64,000 nucleotides of DNA from assembly GCA_012295275.1 (NCBI GenBank), contig CM022673.1:19530001-19594000 (forward strand), written 5' to 3'. A model generated the notes under the pieces. The model was not told where the DNA came from. It was given only the letters and a program-made list of their open reading frames with translations, and made no database searches. The DNA is from Chrysomallon squamiferum. Its lineage: Eukaryota; Animalia; Mollusca. Both the position numbers and the translations under genes were made by a program. Position 1 is the stretch's first letter. Each line of letters opens with the position of its first letter. Below, one piece after another: positions 13,159-35,631 of this stretch.

Positions 13159-16100
13159 TTATGCTTTATTTCATTCTTACATTTTTGTCCTTTTTATCAA
13201 AGCTAATTTTCATTTTCTGTGAAATAAATGTTTTGGTAAATTAGTTTTAATATGATTATCCATGAAATAAAACTGATGCTGGATTGGTGTTGGGAGTGCC
13301 AGATAAAGAAGATAGGTCATTTGCTTTTGGTGTTGTTTATTTACATTTTATTCATTAAATCAACCTATAGTATAATTCATACTTTAATATGTTTGCTATA
13401 ACAGCCTCGAGGAACTAACAGAGTTACAATAATACACACAGAATCAATTCACATAATAAGAAATATTTACTGCAAAATTAGGCAAAACTGTCAAGAAAAC
13501 AGTTTTCTAGTTTGCACTGATGATTGAACATGTATCATTATTTAATGTAGATTTTGTTCCCTCTTTGATAAATTTGTGAAACTAACTTTTTTGCCTGACA
13601 AACCTAGGAAAGGATTGTGTTTCCTCATCTTCTGTGATTGGCCCTTGTGGGTTTTGATGTGGAAGATCCAACAGCATACTTTCCCTGAGTGAGAGTCACA
13701 GTGGTTCTGTCTATAATACCTCCATTCATGATGAACTCATGGTAATAGTTATAAAATAATAACAGTCAGTGATAAGCTTAACAGTATGTTAATGTTAAAG
13801 TAATCTATATTTGTTATAAAATGTTTAGCATCACCTTTGTGTGAAAAAGACAAGGTTGGTACAACAAAGCCACTGAATAATAATTGCTCCTGTCCTGCAG
13901 AAACTTCATAACTGATGATATTTGGACTTATCTTGATATAGAAGAGGATGTTATTGTTTCCAATCCAGTTAAATTGGTTTGTTATATATTAATTATCATT
14001 CTTTTATTGTAAATGCTATTTTTGAATCAGTATTTCAAAATATCTTGCTTATAATGGACAATTAATATTATTATATTTATTCATCCATTGTACAAAGTCA
14101 CCGTGTTTTGTGATTACATTTTATTAGAATTGTTTTTTTTTAAATATTGTTGAAAGGACTTGTCTAAGTTTAAAACATACTTTATGAATAAAGTCCACCA
14201 TAAAATTTTATTTGTTTTTAGATTAACATTAACTCATTACTGAAAGAAGTTTGTGATACCTCTTACAAATGTCAGTATTGCAGTGACATGCAAATGTCTG
14301 GATCATTGTCACCTGCAAATGGAGAAAGGGTAACAGAAGAAAACTTGAATTTGCAGTCTAAATACCTGTGAGATGTATTAAATAATTATAATTATGTTTT
14401 TAGACCACATGTTTATCTCTCTCTATCTGTGATAGATTTTTGTTCTGATGAGTCTTGAATTTTCATTCATATAGTTTTACAACATAATCAATATCTTAAA
14501 ATAAGTTTGAACAATGAATAATTCTAAGCAATAATTTTATTTAAAAAAAATTCATGCGTTGTATGTGTTTCTCTTTTCTTTTTTAATTGCAGTAATCAGT
14601 TTTACTTTAGCAGTTAACTTAACATTTGTTTCATTAGCTGTTTTTGAAGTGAGATGTGGGCAAAAGTGATAGTGATGTTTGAATTATTGTTAATGTTTAA
14701 ATTATTATTAAAAACTCCTGCAAGTACTAGAATTCAGAAATGCTTATCTAATATTATTTTATTTTACAGTTAAAAGAAGATAGTGATCACACTGTACAGG
14801 CTGGAAGGTAAGAACATATATATGTTTATAATAAAAATAATAATATATATTATTTATATTAATGATTGAAGTATTTTATTCCGTTTAAGATTATTGTGTG
14901 GTAATTTTACACTTAATTTTTAATATAGTTGAAAATGGAATCTCAAAAAAATCTGTGATGAAATAAAAATTAGTGTTGATGACAAAGATATGACTAATAA
15001 GAACAAAATACTAGAAGTGAAAGAATCACTGTCAGCAGAGAGAATCCAAACTCAGCAATTGCTTCAAGAGGTATGGAATGTTTTCTTAACAAGATAGCCT
15101 AAATACAGTTTGTTTTAACTCCTAATGCTAGAGATTTTTTTTTTTTTTACTGTTATGTTTTTTTGGTGTGTTTTTTATTATCAAAGTAGAAAGACTTTAG
15201 AGACTGAGGATTCAATAACCTTCAGTAATGATTGGTTATTCTTCCATTTCATTACTATGTTTAAAATATTATAGAATATCTATAAAAAAAGAATAATAAT
15301 AATAATAATAAAAAATAAAAGTTAAAAAAGAAGAAAACAGAAAAAATCACAATTAAATAAATAAAAATAAAAAATACTATCACTAGGGTTTGATATTTTT
15401 TTCTTTCTGAATAAATAAAAGAATTACTGTTACTTGAAAGTTACCATACTTTATTAAAGTAAATGTTTTTGCTTATTAAGAAAAGGCACCAAAAAATTTG
15501 TAGAAATTAAAATTTCCTAGCATTCAAAAGTAAGAAGAAGTCAAATTGTATTCTGAATATAATTAAATATGTAAAATCAGAATGAAAGGTAGCTTATAAC
15601 TGGACCACTAGAATAAATTACTTTCAGCATTTATAAAATGCAGAAAAAATTAAATAAATAAAAAGAATAATAATAATAAAAACGTAGGAACTGATTCAGC
15701 AGAAAAAGTCTGGAACAGTAAATAACGTTTTTGATATATATTTGATACTTTGTTTTCTTCAATAAAATAACGCAGGTTTTACACCACTGTCCATACTAGT
15801 AAGGCACTTCTTACAAGAGTTCGTTGACACTTCAGTTTTCACACTTTTATGTTGTGTGCTATTCCACTAAAACAGTCCAAAATGTGTCAGCTTTCACGCT
15901 GTCTGACCATTCTCAACAAACACAGTGATGCTTCTTGGTATTTTTCAATGAAGTGGTTGAGGTGCTTCCCCACCAATCATCTGGTTTATCTCCAGTTCAT
16001 TAGTGCTTGTTCATGCTTTGAAATGTCTCTAAACTGCCAGAAATTCAGATGGTAGGCACCAATGGTGCCAACCTTCCAAGAAGTTGTTAGTCCGCACCAA

Positions 16101-19100
16101 ATTCTTTTCCAACCTCTGGTGCATGTTCCAAATGCCAACATTGTAATATGAATCATGTCTGCAACCATCTCTGCCATACTGACAATAGATGAAGTTGTCC
16201 ACAAACTACTTCAGTATTCATAATACAGAATCATCACCATCAGCTTCTGATAGTGCTTCAAAAGCTGCCATGACTTCATCCACTGGAATGAAAGCAATTG
16301 CAGCTATCTGATGGATCAGTAAAACAAACACTTCATCAGTATTGTAACAAAATGCCAAACTAATGAGTTAAATCTGGCGCCAGATGCATTGGCTCAAATG
16401 AAAGAAGCACACAGTCACAGTATAGCTTTACAGATGCATTGCCTTCTTCCTTCACACTCGTAAAAAATCACTCCACTGCTGAGTTTCTTCTATTGGACAT
16501 ATACATAGTTTTCAAAGGTAAGTTTTGGATGACCACACTCTGAATCAATGAACTTTATCTTATAGAATATAATAATTTTGCTACAGGCATGACCTCAATT
16601 ATAGGTCACTTGCCAAATCAAAGGAATCTTTAGCATTTAATTAGCCTGAATTAGTAGTTAGCTTTGATGTTAGATGATATTTTATAAGATGTTTTAGCAG
16701 ATCAAAGTAATCCTGATGCCTTTACTCAAGTTTAATTAGTAATTAGCTGACTCTAGTTGGCTCTGACTAATTTATTGGAATTAGAAATCCAAATTTCTTT
16801 AATCAAATTTAATGTAACATTCTTTGACTAATTTATTGGAATGTTGCTTGAAAATCATTCTGAATGGTATATTTGAAGAAAAATTGGCGGGCAGTTTTCC
16901 AGGGGGCAATTGTCCTAGGGGAAAGTTATCCTAAGGGAAATTATTCAGGGGTCAGTTGTCTGAGCGGCAGTTGTCCTGATACCATAATATACCTATAAAG
17001 ATTTATCATTCAGCAAACAAACTGTGTATCTTATTTTTCAAAGTAATGATTCCAGTGAAATGCTGAGATTATTTCAAAGATGTAGAAAATAAATGTCATC
17101 CATGATATATTAATGATACATGCATTAAAGGAACAGAAAACACATCAGTGGTTTGAATGCAGGCTTGGTGCCTGAGAGGTAACTGGCCTACATGACGTAT
17201 TATGTTATTTCTCCATATAAAGGTGCATACAAAAGATTGCTAGCTACTAATCAGTAGCAGTTGTCTCTGACGGCTTATTCTCTAACATCATTATGCAGAA
17301 AATATTTTTGTCCAAAAACTATTAATAAATGAGTTTGTTTTTTTATTTTTCACTTTTACAGCAGTAAGCCTGACAAATAAAAACTTATTTTGGTAAAACA
17401 GTTTTTTGAAAAAAAGAGAATATGCTTTGTTTTTGAAATGTCAGATTTTGTTCTGTCTGCTGCTAGGCAAATAAGGAACTGTATACAGTTTTTGTTGTTA
17501 CATCATAATCAATGACACATATAAATACAAGTTTAGTGGGGTTTTATGAAGTATTTTTTATACATATTTTTCTTATCTGTGTTTTTCAGAGCCAATGAAG
17601 AATTTGGTGAACAATACTGTAATGCTCAACATATGAACATTTATTTTATTTTATTTTATTATTTAAGTAGTTCTGTGTCTAAGCTAAATTACTTTACTTT
17701 TTTATTTACAGTTGGTTAAACTAACAAATCCTTAGAAATATTTTTATAAAATACTTTTCTTAGCTTTTTCATTAGAATAATATATATATTAGAAACAGAA
17801 TGTAAATAATTTCTTTAGATTTTGTTTATGGTAATCTTTTAAAAAATTAGTGACATCTGCCAGACTGAAAGAAACACTGGAGAGAGAGAAGGAAATATGT
17901 TCTGAATTAGTTCAATTCTAATAATACTTTTTTTCTTGAAATTAATGGATGCATTCTATCCTTCCATCATATATCAGTATCTTAAAAATAAAAACACACA
18001 AATTTTGGTTTGATAATTTATCTGCCATAATTTCAGTCTGATTAGAAATAACATAAACAGTTTATATTAACAAAAATTCCTAAATAACTGAAAACCTGCT
18101 GAATGCCATACATTTATGCTTTTGTCAATTGAAAAAATATGACCAACAGGTTTATTTTCACTTTTCTTTTGCAACTTTGACATCATTAAACATGTCATCA
18201 TATATTGGCCAATTGCAAGTTTATATGTAAGAGGTGATCAGTATTGTAGAAGATGTAATGCAGAAAAATGTATTAAAAGATAAAAGAGACGGGCAGTATG
18301 ATTTGCAGGACATTGGAAAACTGGTCCACCATGATTTTGAGACAGAATGCATGGATGATCAGGTTGGTTAACTTATAGAAGTGAAAACTGTTAGACTATA
18401 ATAAGTATAAGTGAAATCATGTCTTATTCTTTAATTATTTTTACAGTGTTAATTTGTGCTTTGATTATTTTAGCCTCTGTATAGGAAACAAAATAAACAT
18501 GATTAGAATTTGACAGGCATTTCATAAAGCTGATAGTTATTTCCACAAAATAATAAATAAAAAAGAAACCATCACAGCAGTAAGAAAATAAAAACAGGCA
18601 ATAAACAAAAAATATGTTTCTATTAATTGTTTTATTCAGTAATAACAAAACAAAAACATTTTCTTTATGACAGTTCATCAATATCTGATGAAGAAAAAAT
18701 AACCACTTTTTTTTTCTTAGATTTGCCTTTAATTTAATATCAAAACTTGTATAAGGTAATTTTTAAAGGGATTCTTCATACATAACACTCTGTTTAAAAA
18801 TAACAATATATACAGATATAGCAAAAAGATGAACTTGTCATTAATAAGTAAGACACCTTTAGAGTTCATATATACTTTTTGGTTCAGGTATTGGTTAATC
18901 ATTAATTAACTAATATTATCTCTGAAATGCTATATTCACCAAAAAATAAATGTGAAATATATATTTTATTTATTATTCTTTCCTAGTATGGCCTTGATCA
19001 TATTCTGACATATTTCGTTTGTTGACGTCTGCTTTTAGAGGATCAGCTGTTTCCAAGATTCCAAATTAACTTATGTGCAGTAGTGCTGCCCTCTATATAC
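11746..19100 (+). pseudogene. Decayed KASH5 (CCDC155)/LRMP-like gene: EF-hand, coiled coil, putative TM and KASH-like end
   Basis: Exon 12125-12706 (AG..GTAAGT) has in-frame stops at 12157, 12184 and 12394 and a frameshift near 12540. It ends in EETILDNLFSVCALENTGYVVVSTLVEYVQYSV (cf. KASH5 EEQILNSTFEACDPQRTGTVAVAQVLAYL). 12903-12960 reads EYLIRLMNMLDTKGVDPFV. Coiled-coil-like exons lie at 14222-14367 and 14929-15070, with further exon remnants at 17.6-18.4 kb. A hydrophobic stretch is at 18419-18481, and 18987-19100 reads ..C*RLLLEDQLFPRFQINLCAVVLPSI. Confidence 0.6.
15850..16983 (-). mobile_element. MULE/MuDR transposon remnant
   Basis: Minus strand encodes VCFFHLSQCIWRQI, IAAIAFIPVDEVMAAFEAL and RTNNFLEGWH..GAYHLNFWQF..KHEQA, all MULE transposase motifs, broken by stops and frameshifts. 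A terminal array of ~15-bp GGGGCAATTGTCC-like repeats runs 16889-16983, ending in ...GTTGTCCTGATACC. Confidence 0.8.
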
Positions 19101-19118
19101 AATTGGTATTATGTAGAG

Positions 19119-19410
19119 CAGTCATGGGCAAACTGTAGCCCACAGAACTGAAAGTAATGTGGCCAGAGTTGGTAATGATCTATAGGAAACTAGGCGTTCA
19201 CAGAGCCAAATTGAAACATTAAGGACATGCTTTGTTATTGGTTAGGAAATGATAATACAAATTGAATGACTTGCTGGATTCAAATGTGTTCAGTTTTAGA
19301 ACTTTATGTGTTCCATATTTACTGAAAGGTTCTAGTTCTTGCACTGGTGTGTCACATTTAGCCTCCCTACTGAAATTCTATTTTGTTTGTAGTCAGACAA
19401 TGCTCTGCTA
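19119..19410. mobile_element. Possible hAT MITE remnant
   Basis: Starts CAGTCATGGGCAAACTGTAGCCC. The reverse-complement terminus GGCCGCAGTTTGCCCATGACTG occurs at ~63157-63178, indicating a second copy of the family. The right boundary is uncertain. Confidence 0.35.
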
Positions 19411-19420
19411 GAGAGAGAGA

Positions 19421-19458
<38 letters not shown>

Positions 19459-21545
19459 ATACTCAGACACACACACAGATTAGTAGATGAATAGGAAAAT
19501 AGACTGATAGATGGTTATTGATGGTCATTGATGGATTTAAATGGATGGATTATAAGATAAGAAAAAGATTAGCAGATGGTGAGAAAGAGAGAGATTAAGC
19601 TGATGTTCAATACTGCATATGGAATCATAACAATTTATATTCATAATTTGAGAATTAATTACGTAACTATCATATTTTATTTGGATGAGCATATTTTTCA
19701 GAAAATAACAAGATAATTTGCTCGACAGAATTTAATTTTTTTTCTTTTGTTATTTTTTGTTCTTATTTTTGTTTTAATTTATTTATTATTTTTAACTGTC
19801 TTTTATTATTATTATTATTATTGAGAAAATCCAGTATACACTAAGAAATGTAGCTGTGGTTTGCACGTACACATTCATTATTTTTTATTATCAGTAAAAA
19901 ATAGTATGTTATTTTTTTCTTATTTTTTTTTTTCTTTTCTTTTCTTTTCTTAATAGCTACCACATATATCTCATAATATCTCCTTGTTTATTAATATTAT
20001 CAGTAAAAAAATGGTCATTTTAATTTTTAATTTCTTGGGGTTTTTATGGCTAAATCTCACTGTAAATAAAAGATAAATGCTCTCTAAAATTATCTGTCAA
20101 AAAAAATTAAAATATCGTTAGTGTTATTTATTTTAAAATTATCGTAGAAAGTTTTGCTGAGATAGTAAAATAACAGCTAAAAGTTTGACCATCTTACTTA
20201 ATTTTTCAGTAAAAAACGTATAGTTTTATTTTTATTATTATTATTGTGACCTCTTTGTTTCTTAGTATACACAGATATCAGCTATAAAATAAATCACTCC
20301 TTCTCTAGTTATCAGTATGAAGTTGTGCATTAATAAAATATCACTTTAATTGACCATCTTCTCACCTAGTAAAACCACTATTAATTTTTTTTTTTTTTTT
20401 TTAAAAACCCAAAAAACATTTCATCTGGAAGCCATGTCTATAATGACCTCTTTCAGTGACACTATATACAATATTAATATCTGATAGACATTACTGCAAT
20501 TATTTAAAAATTATCAGTTACAAGAGTTTCTTTTGTTTATATTATTTTCTCTCAAATTATATTATTCTATAATTTCGGTTATTTCAGTTTCTTGTAGAAA
20601 ACTATGTTCATCTCAATAAATTATTAATTTTATTCTTAATATATCTAGCCGTATAATGGTGATTTCCTCTGTCTGCCTATGATCTATATTGTCAGAAATA
20701 AATGTATGGCTTACAGATTAATTAATTAACCACATATACTGTATAAATTGTATTGACCAGTTCAGAAGAAAAAAAAATAATGCTGAATCTCAATTTCACC
20801 ACTGGATGCAGAGAATATTTACAGGAGGTGCAGTGATTTTTATTAAACTTTTACTTCATAGAGGTTAGTTCAGAAAATACTGGAAAAGGTGGGAATTAAT
20901 TATAGTTTGAGCAGAGATATTTACCTACATGGAGAAACCCTTTATTCTTTGAAAAATTTTAAGTTGTAATTTGATGAGAAATTTATGAGATGCTATTAGT
21001 TGATTATAGAAATAACTGATAATTATTTTACTCTAGTTTGAGAAAAATAGGAAGGCACTCAGATTAATGTATTTTTTAATTATTATTTGAAGGGGGAGCC
21101 TGGTGTACATCCAGAAACATTAATGATGTTTTACTTTTAATGAACTGTGGAAAAGGGTAGTGTTTCAGAGATGGAGGTAACAAGTCAAAGGCTTAACTAT
21201 ATAAGCATGCGATGGCGAGAAGGAGAAGGATGAAGGTGACATTTAATTACCTTCACCATAGATTATGTTGATATTTAAAGTCCTGCTGGTGATATTAATA
21301 TTTCACTTTATTTGAAAACTAGCATATTTAGATGGATGTGTAGAAATACATAAAGGCAAAAATCACACAAATGGTGCATATGTAGACAGAAGTCATGCAA
21401 TCGGACAGACAGACAGACAGTGTTGGTTTGATAATTGGATGATTATGGGCACAGTGGAATACCTTGCGACAGGAGAAATGAAATGATTGTAAATATGATT
21501 TGAAGTTGGGAAGAAAGAGGGAGGGAGAGAGGCAGTTAATGACCA

Positions 21546-22540
21546 CATCCTATGTTAAAAATATCATTACTAATTTCAATTAATGATGCCGTCATATCAG
21601 CATTGTTCTTAACATCTTGGTGTACTACTCATCATTCTTTTTTACTTTTTATTTACTATTATTCTTATTTTTGACCTTGCGTATCCTATATTAAAATATA
21701 CTGTTAATATTTCTATTAATGTTGCCGTCACTACCATTGTACTGGCATTGTTCATAACGTTATTGGTGTACTCATTATTCCTTTCCATGTTTTATTCACT
21801 GTTGTAATTATTTTCTGACTGTGCCCTTCCTATCTTAAAATATATTATTGTTATCTCTATTAATATCGCCGTCATTACCATCATAACAGCATTGCTCTCA
21901 AGGTTCTCGGTGTACTTCATCTCATTCGTTGGCCTTTTATTAACTGTTAGTGTCCACCTCCTACATTAAAAAATATAATTAATATTTCTGTAAATGAGGC
22001 ATCATTTCAGCATTGTTCTTAATGTGTTGGTGTACACCTCATTATTCTTTTTCACATTTTATTCGCTATTATTCTTATTTTGTGACCATGCGCATCCTAT
22101 TTTAAAATATGTTATTAATATTTGTATTAATGTTGCTGTCGCTACCGTTTTAACGGCCTTGTCCTCATCATTCTCAGTGTACTTCTCACTATTCATTTTC
22201 CTTTTATTAATTATTATTCATACTTTTTACTGTTCAAATCCTATATGAAAAAGTTTTATTACTATTTCTATCACCATTGTTTCCGTCGTAATGGCCTTGT
22301 TCCTAGCTTTCTCGGAGTACTTCTCATTATTCCTTTTCGTTTTTTATTCGCTGTTATTCTTAATTTCTGACTGTAGCCATCCTATATTAAAAAATATTAT
22401 CTCTATTAATGTCACTGTCATTACTGTCGTAACGCGGTTGTTGTCAATGTTCTCAGCGTTCTTCTTATTCTTTTGCTTTGTATTAACTATTGTTCAGAAT
22501 TTCTTAGTGTTCCCATCCTATGTTAAAGAATATTAATACT
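21546..22540. repeat. Degenerate minisatellite, ~7 units of ~131-145 bp
   Basis: Anchor ATCCTATNTTAAAA recurs near 21546, 21682, 21827, 21958, 22093, 22237, 22378 and 22514, with shared TATTAATG..GCCGTCA, GCATTGTTC and GGTGTACT..TCATTATTC blocks. Confidence 0.85.
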
Positions 22541-23792
22541 ATCATTTTTGTTATCTAAGTATGTGAAAATCATTTAGAAATTTTATCTGAAAAATATAAT
22601 ACAAATACATAAAATAAAATTTCTCGGATCTCAGTAGTTTATACGTGCCTGAATCTTTTATCATCTTGATCCCATAAAAAACACGAAATTTTGGTCAGGA
22701 TATGATCTGAATATTCCTGATGGAATAAACTTAATAAAATCAACAATTGTATATCTTCATGTTAATATAAGGCATCTTCTTTTCTTTAATTATAATTATA
22801 GTATTGCCCCGAAAAGGTTCCACTGTATGCAGCTGTATATTGTTTACAATGTATAGACATTTAAATTATATTTGTTAAGCTATTATCAATTATATACAAT
22901 TGTTGAGATGTTTTCCACATTAATAAAATTTTATACAAAATGATTTTTCACCAAGCAATCAATGCTATACCTAGTGATAAACTGGGAACTTTTAACTTCT
23001 TCAGAAATATTTCTTCTACAAAAAAACAATGATGCAATAAAAATGCAAATTAATTGTTAATGTTTATTAATACCTTTTGCAAACATTAACAGTATAGATA
23101 TGAAAATAATGAAACAATCCAGACTTCAATCATCTGTTTATGAAATCAATAAACTGACACAGTATTCATTGTTCACAACAATAAATCTATTGTAATGCAA
23201 TCAACATTTGTAAATCAGATTATTATATGAAACTGTTATTACAAAAAATTATCTTTTTTGCAACCTTTAAAATATTATTCTGTATTTCTTGAATGCTGTC
23301 CCAAAACAATTTTATTTCATGGAAAAGTGCAACAATAAAATTTTTCAAAACTAACAGTATAAGCCAGCATAACCCATTTTCTTCAATCAATGTTAAAACA
23401 TAAATTATTAACATCTCTGTAACGTATTGTTATGATTATAACCTGCACACAAGAAAATGTGTTCACTGAATCCTTTATAAATAGGACAATTCCCACTGTT
23501 AAATTATATGAAATTCCAATCCATTCACTGGCAAACAAACTATGACAAAGGTCAAAATCATTTTAAATGGAGAATCTAGAAATAAATTTAGGGAACAGTC
23601 CACAGTACTGATTTATTTTAGTACTTTATTATTAGCAAAGATCAATCAGACAGAAAATAAGTCATTTGTACATAATATAATGATCAAACTTTTTTCTTGT
23701 ATTATATTTGCAATGTTCATAGTAAAGTCTGCATCTATAAAAGCAACAGTTCCACTATAATAATAGTAAAAAAATTGAACCATCTCATTTAG

Positions 23793-33631
<9,839 letters not shown>

Positions 33632-35631
33632 CTTTCTTTTTGCCTACTGACGAGTGTATTCGATCGATTACTCCGTTGTTTATTTATAAATGATACAGCT
33701 TTCGTTGGGACGTTTCTACGTTTAAACACACACAAGATTCCACAGATGGTACAATATTTGAATGCAGTTTTTTAACTAGGTAATATTGGAATTACATTAT
33801 ACATTTATTATTATGAATATTTTACGTGAAAACGTGTTTTATTATCGGATTGATATAACAAAATAATAATAATAATAATAATAATACTGAATAATTTATT
33901 ACCTATCCCAGTTCAGGCCTATCATAGAACATTCAAGAAAATCACATTAAAAAGTTTCAGTACTAAGTCAAATTTAGAATGGATAAAGGCCTCTTTATTG
34001 CAACACTATATAATACAGTATACCAGTATTGTTCCAATATACCAAAACCATCCTAAACACCTAGATAAATAAAGATTGTGTTTTATGAGAAATGATTAAA
34101 ATATACAAATACATTTGTAGAAAATAAATTGATTTTAACTGCTAGAAACTTGTCAAAGAACTTCTATTAAAAACCTTTATCTCTTATATTATATCAGAAA
34201 TTAGTCATCACTGGAATCAGTCAGTCATATTTGATACACTGTAGTTTGCTTATGGATTATTCCACACCTAAATATTAACATCAGATCTACTGCTAACACA
34301 TAGAAAATTATGGATAATTTAAAAAGTATCAGAAATCTGATAGTAGTGTAGATGAGAAAAACACAGACACAGACATACACACACACACACAGACACAGAC
34401 ACACACATACAACCATGGAAAAAAGAAACATTACCATAATTTTGAATTATCCTAGTTGAAGTAAAATTTATTGAAAAGACCAATATGTCAACATAAGAAA
34501 CACTGAACATTTCAACCATACAATATCCAGTATCATCAGAGTTGGCCAAAGTGATTTGGGATTAAAAAAATCAAATGTTCAACTTCATTGATAACATATA
34601 GAGTACACACAAAATGACTGGAGTTCAATACATGTCAGATTACTAGTGTGTATGATCCACCCTTTGCTCAGAACTGGCAAAAACTCTGATTCATAAAGTA
34701 TGTTAATCACATGGGATACAGAGTCATTTTCTTTGGAGGGCCTGAATCAGTTTTCAGTTAACACATATAGAAACACACACATGGAAATGGAAATGGAAAA
34801 AAATTAACGTGCTAATCAGAGCAAGCTGTTGTGAAGCACGTCTGCGACGGGCACGCTTTCTGACAGGTCAGCGGGCGCGTCCGTCTCAGAAAAGAGTTTT
34901 GGGTAGGGAAAAGAATGGATTCTCGCCACGATTGCAGGACACAAGGGAGTGTCCAGCATATCGGATCGTAACGAGTCGGTACGGATGTATCGCAGCCGCA
35001 ATTCGCCCCCCGTGATATCCGGCACAATCTCTCAGCCATCACCGGGTCTGTGTTGATTGCCGTCCTGGTTGTTCTGCTCTTGGCTGCTGTCGTTGTTTCT
35101 TTTTGGCTTCTGATGTTGTTCCTTTTTGGCTGCTTCCTGATGGTCCACGTGGTCCAAACCTGTTTTTTTTTTTTTTTTTGCCAATGGTCTTTTTATTGTT
35201 TTTTAAAAGATATTATTAAAACAAAACCTGCAACTAAAAAACAAATAAGAACATAAATGTAGTTAACATATTTACATTTTATTTTAATTTAAAAGATGTG
35301 AAGCTAGGATTAAGAAAAAAAAAAAAAAATAATAATAATAATAATAATAAAATATATAAAAAAAAAAAAAAAAAAATTAAATATATAAAAAAAAAAAAAA
35401 AAAATTGAAATAAGACACCATAACCGGGTTAGTAATGTCTGAAAGTGGGTTCGTATACTATGTTTATCATTTTTTTAATTATTAATTTAATTGGCCATTT
35501 AAATTGATTCGTCAATCAGCCGATCCATCCGTAGATCCATCAGCTGTTCAACCAATCAATCCGCAGGTCAATACATTTATATAATTGTTGTTTGTTTTCG
35601 TGTGAAAAAAAAAAAAAAAAAAAAAAAAGGT

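Noticed and set aside
16889-16983. Short regularly spaced repeats that could be mistaken for a CRISPR-like array
   Set aside because: Contiguous ~15-bp units without spacers at a MULE terminus in eukaryotic DNA.
21994-22536. Hydrophobic 81-84 aa ORFs resembling membrane proteins
   Set aside because: They arise from the T-rich minisatellite; frame is not conserved between units.
34809-35256. Short Cys-rich or basic ORFs in the LINE 3' UTR as a possible ORF3
   Set aside because: Open frames on both strands are expected in GC-rich hairpin sequence; no good start context or recognisable domain.
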